Source: Candidatus Electrothrix yaqonensis (GTDB lineage Bacteria; Desulfobacterota; Desulfobulbia; Desulfobulbales; Desulfobulbaceae). Taken from it: 32,000 nucleotides of DNA. The position numbers were made by a program, and so were the translations under genes. The DNA lies in NCBI GenBank assembly GCA_047651235.1, contig CP178758.1, forward strand, positions 1 through 32,000, in the 5' to 3' direction. The notes under the pieces are model-generated. The model had not been told where the DNA came from. It made no database searches and saw only the letters and a program-made list of their open reading frames with translations. Positions 8,406 through 17,591 of the stretch are shown piece after piece. The stretch's first letter is position 1. Each line of letters opens with the position of its first letter.

Positions 8406-9605
8406 ATGGAGCGGGAATCACAGAAAAAAAAACGTCAGCTCGGTGTGCTTATCGGCGGTTCCGGCCTTATCGGTGGTACCCTTGTTCATTATTTCAAAAC
8501 CAAAACGCCTGAAGAGTTTGATATCCGGGCGCCGAGCTCCAAGAAACTTTCTATCAGAAACGCCCAGGACATTATTGTCTATCTGCAGCGGATCCGGCCT
8601 GACTTTGTCATCAATGCGGCTATGGCTGCTCTGGATTCGGATGCCCAGCTGGCCTTTGAGACCAACTATCTCGGCAGTGTCAATCTTGCCAGGGCCTGCT
8701 GTGCTCTGGGCATCACCTATATTCATATGAGCTCCGCAGCCACCCTGCCTGCCGGGGAAGGACTGACTGAGGAAGATCGGCTGCCCCTGACAGCGAGGAT
8801 GAATAACTATGCCAAGTCCAAGCTTATGGCCGAACTCACTCTGGAGCATATGGGAAAGACGCAGGGGCTTGATTATACTATTGTCCGGGTGGCTATCGTC
8901 TACGGAGAACATGACCATAAAACCCAGGGCTTCCATCGTCTGCTGTATTCCATTGCCGATGAATCCATGCCCTTTCTGTTCACCCGAAAAAAGGTCAGGC
9001 ACTCCTACACCAGTGCCAATAAACTGCCGTATTTTGTTCACCATGTTCTGAAGCACCGGGAGGAGTTCTCCCAAGAGGTCTATCATTTTGCCGACAGGGA
9101 ACCGGTCGAACTGGACGATCTTATTCTGACAGTCAGAGCCTATCTTGAGCTGAAAACACCGAGGGAGATTTATATCCCATACCCGATAGTCAGAATCGGA
9201 AGATTTTTTCTGGAGTATCTGGTCGGATTCCTCAACTGGTTCGGCATTACAGCCCGTGTGCCGCCGGAATTTATGTTCCTGAAAGATATTTACCTGCCGC
9301 AGGTGCTGTCCACGGAAAAACTGCAGAAGTCAAGTTTTATTGATCCGGCTCCGGATGAAACCGTGTATACCCGGCTGCCCAGCCTGATAGTCTACTATCT
9401 GACCCGCTGGGGGCATCTGAATATGATTACCCGGTTTAATAATCAGTTTTTCGGCAGTTCCCGCAAATCCCTGGAAGAGGACTTTCTTCATCATCCTGAA
9501 GAGCTGCTCAACAGCGTTCACGCCGACTCCACTGCGCCCTTTGCGGAATTGCGGAACTGTGGAAACAGCTGTTGTATGGAGAATGAAAAAATGAACGCAG
9601 GATGA
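8406..9605 (+). CDS. NAD-dependent epimerase/dehydratase family (extended SDR) protein with a ~130-aa C-terminal extension
   Basis: The Rossmann motif is GGSGLIGG near the N-terminus and the catalytic YxxxK is YAKSK. Confidence 0.75.
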   Translation: MERESQKKKRQLGVLIGGSGLIGGTLVHYFKTKTPEEFDIRAPSSKKLSIRNAQDIIVYLQRIRPDFVINAAMAALDSDAQLAFETNYLGSVNLARACCALGITYIHMSSAATLPAGEGLTEEDRLPLTARMNNYAKSKLMAELTLEHMGKTQGLDYTIVRVAIVYGEHDHKTQGFHRLLYSIADESMPFLFTRKKVRHSYTSANKLPYFVHHVLKHREEFSQEVYHFADREPVELDDLILTVRAYLELKTPREIYIPYPIVRIGRFFLEYLVGFLNWFGITARVPPEFMFLKDIYLPQVLSTEKLQKSSFIDPAPDETVYTRLPSLIVYYLTRWGHLNMITRFNNQFFGSSRKSLEEDFLHHPEELLNSVHADSTAPFAELRNCGNSCCMENEKMNAG

Positions 9606-11426
9606 ATGATTTATAATAACCTGATATACTTTCTGGCGGTCATTTTTGTCCTCTCCACTTCTGCCGTGCCGGACCAGCCCCTGCCTGCTCCCTGGTTCGG
9701 CCTGCCTCTGTTCTTTCTGCTCCTGTACTCCTTTTATCGTCTTGCAGGCCAAGTATTCAACCGTCCTCCTCCGCTGACCTCTGGTGCATACTTTGCCAAA
9801 GAAAAAAAACTCTCCATTCTGGCAACCATTCTCTTTATCTCCTCATTTCTTGCGCTTGATCTGAAGTATTATCTGCACCCGCTCTCGTTCGGCGGCACTG
9901 TTCCGGTTCTGGAAAATTCGTTCGGGGTGCTGCTGTTTTTTGCTTTTCTTGCTCTGATCTGGCTGCAGGCTCTGCCGAGTTACCGGCGCATTTTCAGGAG
10001 CTCTGCTTCCCCGGGCGGGTTTGTGGTGACCAATATCAGAATCAACCTGACCATTATCCTGCCCTGGTTTCTTCTCTCCCTGTTGTTCGATCTGCTCAAC
10101 CTTGTCCCGATCTCCGGCCTGGACCGCCTGCTGGAATCTTTCTTGGGAGAAACTTTTCTTTTTCTTCTCTTTATCCTGGTGGTTACCCTGATTTTCCCTC
10201 CGGCAGTCCGCAGGCTCTGGGGCTGTGTGCCTATGGAACCGGGACCGCAGCGCAGAGCGATAGAGGAATTCTGCCGGAGCCGGAATTTTTCCGCAGAGAT
10301 ACTTTACTGGCCTCTTTTTGAAGGAAAGATGATAACAGCAGGAATCATGGGGTTTGTGCCCGGATTCCGGTATCTGCTACTGACCCCGGCTTTGCTGACA
10401 ACCATGGGTAAGGAGGAGCTGGAAGCTGTACTGGCTCATGAGATCGGCCATGTCAAAAGGTATCATCTGGTCCTGTATATTGTGCTTTTTTTCGGATTCA
10501 GTCTGGTTATCGATGCGTTATACGGACATCTGCCTCTTTTGCTGCTCAACAGCAACTGGTTTTACTGGGTTCTTCTCCGGTCGCATGTTGCCGGAGACCA
10601 GCTGCTTTCCTTTATAGCGGCAGCAGCAGGTTTTCTTTTTATGCTCCTTTATTTCCGTTTTTTATTCGGGTATTTTATAAGAAACTTTGAACGGCAGGCG
10701 GATCTTTATGCCTTCAGAGTGCAGAACAGCAGTTTTCCTCTGATCCGTTCTTTTGAAAAAATTGCTGCCCTGAGCGGCAATATTCGTGATAAGAAAAACT
10801 GGCATCATTTCGGTATAGGTGAACGGATTGCCTGTTTGGAAAAATGCGAAAAAGAACGACGGTATGTTACACTGCATGATTACAAGGTATACCTGAGCCT
10901 TGCTGTATATTTTCTTCTGGTTGCCCTGAGCTGCGGGTTTCTGTATCAGCTGGATACGGACAGCCTGCGCAGCAGTTCAGAAGCACGGTATTTCAGGGCC
11001 GTACTCAGGAAAAAGCTCAAAGAAGAGCCGGACAACAGAGAGTTGCTCAGACTGTTCGGTGATGTACTGTTTAAAGGCGGCGAGGAGGCGGAAGCATTGC
11101 AGGTATATGAAAAAGCAAGCAAAGAGGAGCCTGTTCAGGTGGAACTGGCCAATAATCTTGCCTGGCTCTTACTGACAGCGGAAGACAGAAGTCTGCAGGA
11201 TTCTGTCAGGGCACTGGAGCTTGCCCAGTCAGCTACCCGGTTTTCCGAAAAAGGATATGTTCTGGATACCCTGGCCACTGCGCAGTGGGCCAACGGCGCT
11301 ATCCGGGAAGCTGTCAGCACGGAACTGCAGGCAATCAGGATTGATCCGGAAAACCGTGCATATTATCAGGAGCAGATCGACAGATTCCGCCGGGAATCCT
11401 GGGACCAGCAGGAGTTAAAGGAGTAA
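9606..11426 (+). CDS. Polytopic membrane M48-family zinc metalloprotease with a C-terminal TPR-like domain
   Basis: HExxH is present as LAHEIGHVKRYH. Several long hydrophobic segments flank it. The C-terminal part is helical-repeat-like (LANNLAWLLL..ALELAQSA..LDTLATAQWANG). The start codon directly abuts the SDR stop (TGAATG). Confidence 0.8.
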   Translation: MIYNNLIYFLAVIFVLSTSAVPDQPLPAPWFGLPLFFLLLYSFYRLAGQVFNRPPPLTSGAYFAKEKKLSILATILFISSFLALDLKYYLHPLSFGGTVPVLENSFGVLLFFAFLALIWLQALPSYRRIFRSSASPGGFVVTNIRINLTIILPWFLLSLLFDLLNLVPISGLDRLLESFLGETFLFLLFILVVTLIFPPAVRRLWGCVPMEPGPQRRAIEEFCRSRNFSAEILYWPLFEGKMITAGIMGFVPGFRYLLLTPALLTTMGKEELEAVLAHEIGHVKRYHLVLYIVLFFGFSLVIDALYGHLPLLLLNSNWFYWVLLRSHVAGDQLLSFIAAAAGFLFMLLYFRFLFGYFIRNFERQADLYAFRVQNSSFPLIRSFEKIAALSGNIRDKKNWHHFGIGERIACLEKCEKERRYVTLHDYKVYLSLAVYFLLVALSCGFLYQLDTDSLRSSSEARYFRAVLRKKLKEEPDNRELLRLFGDVLFKGGEEAEALQVYEKASKEEPVQVELANNLAWLLLTAEDRSLQDSVRALELAQSATRFSEKGYVLDTLATAQWANGAIREAVSTELQAIRIDPENRAYYQEQIDRFRRESWDQQELKE

Positions 11427-11501
11427 CTTTTTCAGGTTCAGGCAGCAGGTCATTGTTCATTTTCAACTCATTGTATTACTTCAGTTACTTTTCGGTCAGT
11501 T

Positions 11502-12446
11502 ATGTTGCAGATAATTCAGTGGAATATTCAGCGAAAGAATGTTCGGGGTGCAGCAGCATTGTGTCTCATCCTGGTGCTCCTGTTCTGCGGTGCAGGAGCT
11601 GTCCGGTCACAGCCCGATGCATCGGATCGATCAGAACTGGTGATCGGCAGCGGCCCGTATTATTCTACAGATGCAATGCAGAAAGGATTTGCGCCTCTTG
11701 TCGAGTATCTTTCCGGAAAATTAAACAGAAAAGTCACCTTTGTCGTTACGGAAACCTACGGAGAACTGGCGGAAAAGGTGGAGAGCGGAGCCATTGATAT
11801 CGGTTTCTTCGGCGCAGTCCTGTATGTGCAGATAAAACAGAAAAATCCGCACCTGAAATACCTGGTGACCTCCCAATCCTTTCTTGGCGGCAAGAAGACA
11901 TCATACTGTTACAGCTGGTTATTGTCGAAGAAAGATTCCGGTATCATCAAGGTGAAGCATCTGCGGGGGAAGAGCTTTGCCTTTACCGACAGCCATTCAA
12001 CTTCCGGATATATTTATCCCTTGGGATACTTGAAAAAACGCCGCCTCCGACCGCAGGATTTTTTCGCTCAGGTTATCTTTGCCGGGAGCCATGCAAAAGT
12101 AACTGATATGATTGCGCAGGAAGAGGTTGAGAGCGGGGTAAGCTCTGAGGTCAATCTGCAGACTGCGGAAGAAAAATACGGAAGGATATTCAGGCGGATA
12201 CGGAAAGTCGGCCCTATGCTCAATCCCAGCTTTGCAGCTGGTGCACAGGTTGACCTGACTGTCTGTGAACAGATTATTTCCGCCCTGGAAAATCTGCCGC
12301 GTCGTGTTCTGAACAACGATTTCCCCTACATGGGCTTTCAGCGGCTTTCGGAAACAAATTTCGCCCCGGTTGCCGAGCTGCTGAAAACGCTTGAGGGGGC
12401 AGCCGTTTCAGCAGACGGGCAAGCCGTAAACAGGGAAGCCCTGTAA
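11502..12446 (+). CDS. PhnD-like (phosphonate/phosphite-type) periplasmic substrate-binding protein
   Basis: It has a signal-peptide-like N-terminus (AAALCLILVLLFCGAGA). The family-typical block is LVIGSGPYYS..FAPLVEYLSGKLNRKVTFVVTETYGELAEKVESGAIDIGFFGAVLYV. Confidence 0.75.
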   Translation: MLQIIQWNIQRKNVRGAAALCLILVLLFCGAGAVRSQPDASDRSELVIGSGPYYSTDAMQKGFAPLVEYLSGKLNRKVTFVVTETYGELAEKVESGAIDIGFFGAVLYVQIKQKNPHLKYLVTSQSFLGGKKTSYCYSWLLSKKDSGIIKVKHLRGKSFAFTDSHSTSGYIYPLGYLKKRRLRPQDFFAQVIFAGSHAKVTDMIAQEEVESGVSSEVNLQTAEEKYGRIFRRIRKVGPMLNPSFAAGAQVDLTVCEQIISALENLPRRVLNNDFPYMGFQRLSETNFAPVAELLKTLEGAAVSADGQAVNREAL

Positions 12447-12477
12447 ACGGCACCTGCACAGAAACCGGAAATACGGT

Positions 12478-15400
12478 ATGAAGGAAACAGAACACAGCGC
12501 CCCGAAACAGCGAATCTCTGTAGGGCTTGGCCGGACACTTTTTCTGACCTTTCTCCTGCTGGCTCTGGGGCCGTTGTCGGTTGTCAGTTATATCAGCTAT
12601 CAGAACGCAACGGAAAGTCTGCGCAGAAAGACGATGGATTCCCTGGTTGCGGCTATGGCATATAAAAAGGATTTTATTGAAAGGTATTTTACAGAGATAA
12701 AAGCAGATATCGAAATACAGGCAGAGCTTTCCGGCAATGTGTCTATGCTGAAAAAGCTGATCACCGCGTTTGACCGGAGCGGCCTGTCCGTCAAGGAGTT
12801 TGTCACCTCGATTGATTGGGAGCTCATTAATACGGAAGACGGGAATGCGCTGCGCGCCTATCAGCATGCCTATCAATATCGGGATATTTACCTTGTTGAT
12901 ATTAATCAAAATATTCTATACAGCGCTTCTGAAAGGAATGTAGGGGAAAATATACAGAGTGAAGAATATGAAAGCTGCAGGTTGGGCCAGGCCTACCGGG
13001 ATGCTGTGGGCACTGGCAGGGCTGTTCTTTCGGATTACGGCTATTACGAAGCAGGCAAAGAATCGGACACGGACAATACGACGCTGTCTCTTTTTCTGGC
13101 CAAGGCTGTTGAAGATGATGAAACCGGCAGAAAAATCGGCGCCTTGATTTTTGAAATTCCGTATACCCAGCTTGATCCCTTTATGCGGACCAACTTCGGA
13201 CTCGGAAAGTCCGGTGAAACCTATCTGGTGGGTGCAGATCTGCTGATCCGTTCAACCCTGCGTTTTATCGAGGACTCGAAAATCCTCGGTACCAGAGTGG
13301 ATACAGAGCTGGTCAGAAAATGGCAGCAGGAACATGCCCAGTGGCATCAGCTGCAGGAACAGGCACCCGACGTATCCCTGCCTGCTCCGTATTCCACAGA
13401 GGAAATGATCTATGCGGATTATCGGGGAGTTTCTGTCCTTGGGATGTACAGTTCCTTGGACTTTGTCGGGCAACTTGGGCAATGGGGCATTCACTGGGTC
13501 CTTGTCGCTGAGGTGGATGAAGAGGAAGCTTTTGCCTCGACAACCACACTGAAATATGTCGTTGTCGCCCTGCTGCTGGCCACGGCCGTGGTTGTCCTGC
13601 TGCTCTCATGGCTGATCACGGCCCGTCTTGTTGCTCCTGTGCGCAGCCTGACCCTCTGGGCCAGACAGGTTGCCGAGGGTGACCTCAGTATGCTCGATAT
13701 TTCCGCCCCAGCCAATGAGATCGGCGAGCTGAACAGAAGTTTCCAGGAAACAGTCAGGTCGCTGCGCAAAGCAGAGGAGGAGAATGAACGGTATACTTGG
13801 CTGCAGACCGGTCAGCTGGAACTTGATGATCAGCTGCGGGGAAATCCTCCGCTGAACGAGCTGTGTAAAAAGCTCCTGACCTATCTTGCCGGGTATCTCG
13901 GAGCGCAAGTCGGGACATTATATGTCAATGAACAGGACGTGCTCTGTCTGCAGGCCAGTTATGCCTACAAGGTCAGAAAGCATCTTGCCGACCGGTTCTG
14001 CATCGGGGAAGGCATGGTCGGTCAGGCCGCACTTGAGCAGCAGACCATTATCCTTACTCAAGTACCGGACGATTATATCCGGGTGACCTCCGGTCTGGGG
14101 GAAAAGCCCCCGAACACGCTGCTCCTGGTCCCGTTTGTCTATAATGACACGGTCCAGGCGGTCTTGGAACTCGGTTCTTTTCTGCCCTTTACTGAACAGG
14201 AGATGGCTTTTCTCGAAGGCATCAGCTCCAAACTTGCTGTGGCCATCAACGGTGCGCTGGCCCGGAAGAAATTACAGGAAACCCTGGCCGTAACCACGGA
14301 GCAGGCCAATGTTCTTCAGTCGCAGCAGGAGGAACTCAAGGCAGCCAATCAGGAGCTGGAAGAGCAGACCCAGCGTCTGCGGGCCTCGGAGGAAGAACTG
14401 CAGGCCAATCAGGACCAGCTGATGGCCACCAATGAACAACTTGCGGAAAAAAACAGATCGCTCCGGCGGCGCAAGGAGGAGATCGAACAGACCAACAAAG
14501 AGCTGCAGCTCTCCAGAAAGGAGCTTGAACGCAAGGCCGAGGAGGTAGCCAGGGCCAGTCAGTATAAATCTGAATTTCTCGCCAATATGTCGCACGAGCT
14601 GCGCACCCCGCTGAACAGTCTGCTTCTGCTTGCCCGAACCCTGGAAGAAAACAAAGCAGGCAATCTGACAGAAGACGATATCGAATCTGTCGGGGTCATC
14701 CGCAACAGCGGCAATGAACTGCTGGTTCTGATCAATGATATTCTGGATCTTTCCAAAATTGAGGCCGGGCAGATGGTTCTGGTCCGGGAGCGGGTTTATT
14801 TTGCTGATGTTCTCAAGGATCTGGAGGCGATGTTCAGGCATCTGGCCGAGGAAAAGGGCCTGGAACTCCGTTTTGTTCTTGCCGAAAACACGCCGGAATA
14901 CATTGACTCGGATAGAAACCGGCTGGAGCAGATCCTGAAAAATCTGCTCTCCAATGCCCTGAAATTTACTGAGCATGGGACGGTAGCCGTGTCCGTGTCT
15001 CCGGTTGTTTCGGCTGCCTCCCAGGCTGCAGACATCATTGACACCGTTGACACCATTTCCCTGGCAGTTCAGGACACTGGTGTGGGCATTCCACCTGACA
15101 AGCAGGAGATCATTTTCGAGGCATTTCAGCAGGCCAGCGGCGGTACAGCGCGCAAATACGGGGGAACGGGATTGGGGCTGTCCATTTCCAGAAAGCTGGT
15201 CAAGCTGCTCGGAGGCGAAATCCGGCTGCAGAGCAGGGAGGGTGAAGGAACGACGTTTACGGTATATTTACCCGTTTCCTCATCCTCTTCGGCATTTTCT
15301 CCTGCAAGGGGGAACCGGCCTGATACGCAGGAAAACGGAGATGCACCGCAGCAGCCTGTTCAATCTGTTTTCGATGTTGCTCCGGCTGCAGAGACCAATA

Positions 15401-16614
15401 CCACCTCGCTTGAGGATGACCGCCATGATCTGCAGGAAAATGACCGGATTGTTCTGGTGATCGAGGATGATTCCCGTTTTGCTGCCCTGCTTGTCCGGCA
15501 GTGCCGCGAAAAGGGCCTGAAAGCTCTTACTGCTGCTTCCGGTGAGGAAGGACTGCGGCTGGCCGAGTCCTATCAGCCTACAGCGGTTATTCTTGACCTG
15601 AAACTGCCCGGCATGTCCGGCTGGGAAGTCCTTGCAGCGCTGAAGGCACAGATCGAAACCCGCCATATCCCCGTGCATATTATCTCGGCGGACGAGGTCG
15701 GTGCACTGGATGCCCGGCGCAGAGGCGCCGTGGAAGCCCTGCAGAAGCCGGTGAACAAAGAGCAGCTGGAGGCCGCTCTCTGCAACATAGAAGAAACTGC
15801 CCAGCAGAATATCAGGGCACTCCTTGTCGCTGACCGGAATGCGGAACAGCGGAAGACGGTTATCCGGCTGATCGGCAACGGTGATGTGCAGAGTACCGAA
15901 GCCGGATCAGGCCGGGAGATCCTCGACAGCCTGCAGACCGGCCATTATGACTGTCTGATCATGGGACTTGATTTTCCGGATATGAGCGGCCTGTCTCTGC
16001 TGCAGCAGCTGAAAGCTGACAGGAAGGAGAGTCTGCCGATTATTATCTATACGGCCAGAGAACTCTCGCGGGCCGAAAATGCCGAACTCAGGCAGTATGC
16101 CGGTTCAGTCATCATTAAAGGTGTCATGTCGGAGGAACGTCTGCTGGATGAATCTGCATTTTTTCTCCATCGGATGATCTCCGGTCTGCCGGAGCGTCAG
16201 CAGCGGATGATCAGAAATCTCCATGAAGATGATGCGGTGTTTCAGGGAAAACGTATCCTGCTGGTTGATGACGATATGCGGAACATCTTCGCCCTGGCCA
16301 AGGTCCTGCAGGAGAAGGGCATGGGAACGGTCAAGGCCGAGGACGGCGCCAGAGCCCTGGCCGTGCTTGAAGAAGACGATGAGTTTGACCTCGTGCTGAT
16401 GGACATCATGATGCCGGTTATGGACGGCTATGAAACCATCCGGAAAATCCGGGAGCAGCCGCGCTGGAAAACCCTGCCCATCATTGCCCTGACCGCCAAG
16501 GCCATGAAGGACGACCGGAGCCGCTGCATCACTGCAGGAGCAAATGATTATCTGGCAAAACCGGTTGATACGGAGCGGCTGCTGGCGCTGCTGCGGCTCT
16601 GGCTGTACTCCTGA
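12478..16614 (+). CDS. Hybrid sensor histidine kinase: TM - dCache-like periplasmic domain - TM - HAMP - GAF - long E/Q-rich coiled coil - HisKA - HATPase - three receiver domains
   Basis: The H-box is FLANMSHELRTPLN, the N-box LLSNALKFT, G1 DTGVGI and G2 GGTGLGLSI. Receiver signatures are VLVIEDD..ILDLKLPGMSG, LLVADRN..IMGLDFPDMSG and ILLVDDD..LMDIMMPVMDG..AKP. Two hydrophobic segments bracket a Cache-like region (YRDIYLVD.., ETYLVGAD..). Confidence 0.9.
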   Translation: MKETEHSAPKQRISVGLGRTLFLTFLLLALGPLSVVSYISYQNATESLRRKTMDSLVAAMAYKKDFIERYFTEIKADIEIQAELSGNVSMLKKLITAFDRSGLSVKEFVTSIDWELINTEDGNALRAYQHAYQYRDIYLVDINQNILYSASERNVGENIQSEEYESCRLGQAYRDAVGTGRAVLSDYGYYEAGKESDTDNTTLSLFLAKAVEDDETGRKIGALIFEIPYTQLDPFMRTNFGLGKSGETYLVGADLLIRSTLRFIEDSKILGTRVDTELVRKWQQEHAQWHQLQEQAPDVSLPAPYSTEEMIYADYRGVSVLGMYSSLDFVGQLGQWGIHWVLVAEVDEEEAFASTTTLKYVVVALLLATAVVVLLLSWLITARLVAPVRSLTLWARQVAEGDLSMLDISAPANEIGELNRSFQETVRSLRKAEEENERYTWLQTGQLELDDQLRGNPPLNELCKKLLTYLAGYLGAQVGTLYVNEQDVLCLQASYAYKVRKHLADRFCIGEGMVGQAALEQQTIILTQVPDDYIRVTSGLGEKPPNTLLLVPFVYNDTVQAVLELGSFLPFTEQEMAFLEGISSKLAVAINGALARKKLQETLAVTTEQANVLQSQQEELKAANQELEEQTQRLRASEEELQANQDQLMATNEQLAEKNRSLRRRKEEIEQTNKELQLSRKELERKAEEVARASQYKSEFLANMSHELRTPLNSLLLLARTLEENKAGNLTEDDIESVGVIRNSGNELLVLINDILDLSKIEAGQMVLVRERVYFADVLKDLEAMFRHLAEEKGLELRFVLAENTPEYIDSDRNRLEQILKNLLSNALKFTEHGTVAVSVSPVVSAASQAADIIDTVDTISLAVQDTGVGIPPDKQEIIFEAFQQASGGTARKYGGTGLGLSISRKLVKLLGGEIRLQSREGEGTTFTVYLPVSSSSSAFSPARGNRPDTQENGDAPQQPVQSVFDVAPAAETNTTSLEDDRHDLQENDRIVLVIEDDSRFAALLVRQCREKGLKALTAASGEEGLRLAESYQPTAVILDLKLPGMSGWEVLAALKAQIETRHIPVHIISADEVGALDARRRGAVEALQKPVNKEQLEAALCNIEETAQQNIRALLVADRNAEQRKTVIRLIGNGDVQSTEAGSGREILDSLQTGHYDCLIMGLDFPDMSGLSLLQQLKADRKESLPIIIYTARELSRAENAELRQYAGSVIIKGVMSEERLLDESAFFLHRMISGLPERQQRMIRNLHEDDAVFQGKRILLVDDDMRNIFALAKVLQEKGMGTVKAEDGARALAVLEEDDEFDLVLMDIMMPVMDGYETIRKIREQPRWKTLPIIALTAKAMKDDRSRCITAGANDYLAKPVDTERLLALLRLWLYS

Positions 16615-16627
16615 CCCATGCTGACCA

Positions 16628-17455
16628 ATGCATGAGCGGGATATTGAGCAGATAGAGATCAATCTGCTGCTGGAGGCTGTGCAGCAGCGCTACGGCTATG
16701 ATTTCCGGAATTACGCGCGGGCCTCGATTGAACGACGGGTCCGCAGTCTCTGGAAAAGGACGGGCTGCCGTTATCTTTCCGACATGCTGCCGCAGCTGCT
16801 CCGTGATCCCTCGTTTCTGGAAAAGGTCATCAGGGAATTTTCCATCACAGTCACGGATATGTTCCGTGATCCCTTTGTCTACCGCCGCATCCGGGAGCAG
16901 GTTGTGCCGATGCTGCGCACCTATCCGTACATCAAGGTCTGGGTTGCTGGCTGCGCCACCGGCAAGGAAGCCTACTCCATTGCCATTCTGCTCATGGAAG
17001 AGGGCTTATATGAGCGCGCCATTATCTACGGGACCGATTTCAACGATATCGCCCTGGAAGAGGCGGAACGAGGCGTGTATCCTGCAGACAAAATGGAGGA
17101 ATTCAGCGAAAACTACGAAGAGGCTGGCGGGTGCGGGCTGCTGAGCGATTATTTTAATCTGTCCGGGAAAAGCTGCGCTGTAAAAGAGCAAGTGCGGGAG
17201 AATATCACCTTTGCCAATCATAATCTGGTGACCGATAATGTGTTCGGAGAAATGCATCTGATTCTCTGCCGCAATGTGCTGATCTACTTTGACAGGACAT
17301 TACAGAACCGGGTGCTGCAGCTTTTTCTGGACAGCTTGATTTTCGGCGGTTTTTTCTGCCTCGGCAGCAAGGAGAGTCTCCGTTTTTCCGATATGGAAAA
17401 GGAGATGAAGGTGATCAATGAAAAGGCAAGGATCTATCGGAAAAAAACGTTCTGA
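16628..17455 (+). CDS. cheR: CheR-type protein-glutamate O-methyltransferase
   Basis: The N-terminal helical domain (LLLEAVQQRYGYDF.NY) and the SAM-binding block IKVWVAGCATGKEAYSIAILL, plus ..ILCRNVLIYF.., are typical of CheR. Confidence 0.88.
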   Translation: MHERDIEQIEINLLLEAVQQRYGYDFRNYARASIERRVRSLWKRTGCRYLSDMLPQLLRDPSFLEKVIREFSITVTDMFRDPFVYRRIREQVVPMLRTYPYIKVWVAGCATGKEAYSIAILLMEEGLYERAIIYGTDFNDIALEEAERGVYPADKMEEFSENYEEAGGCGLLSDYFNLSGKSCAVKEQVRENITFANHNLVTDNVFGEMHLILCRNVLIYFDRTLQNRVLQLFLDSLIFGGFFCLGSKESLRFSDMEKEMKVINEKARIYRKKTF

Positions 17456-17591
17456 GCCGATGTTGCCTGTTTGCGTTGTCCGGTTCTTCTGATCAGTGTT
17501 CGGACTCTGCACCGCTGTCAGCAACCTCATTACGGTCAATGCGCCGCCCTCTGGGAGATGATCCGTTGCTGCCGGAGCGGATAAGAAAGAA

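Noticed and set aside
17491-17518. The imperfect palindrome GTCCGGTTCTTCTGATCAGTGTTCGGAC in the convergent cheR/purC gap, considered as a bidirectional terminator.
   Set aside because: Only the outer 5 bp and the central CTGATCAG pair cleanly, and there is no U-tract on either strand.
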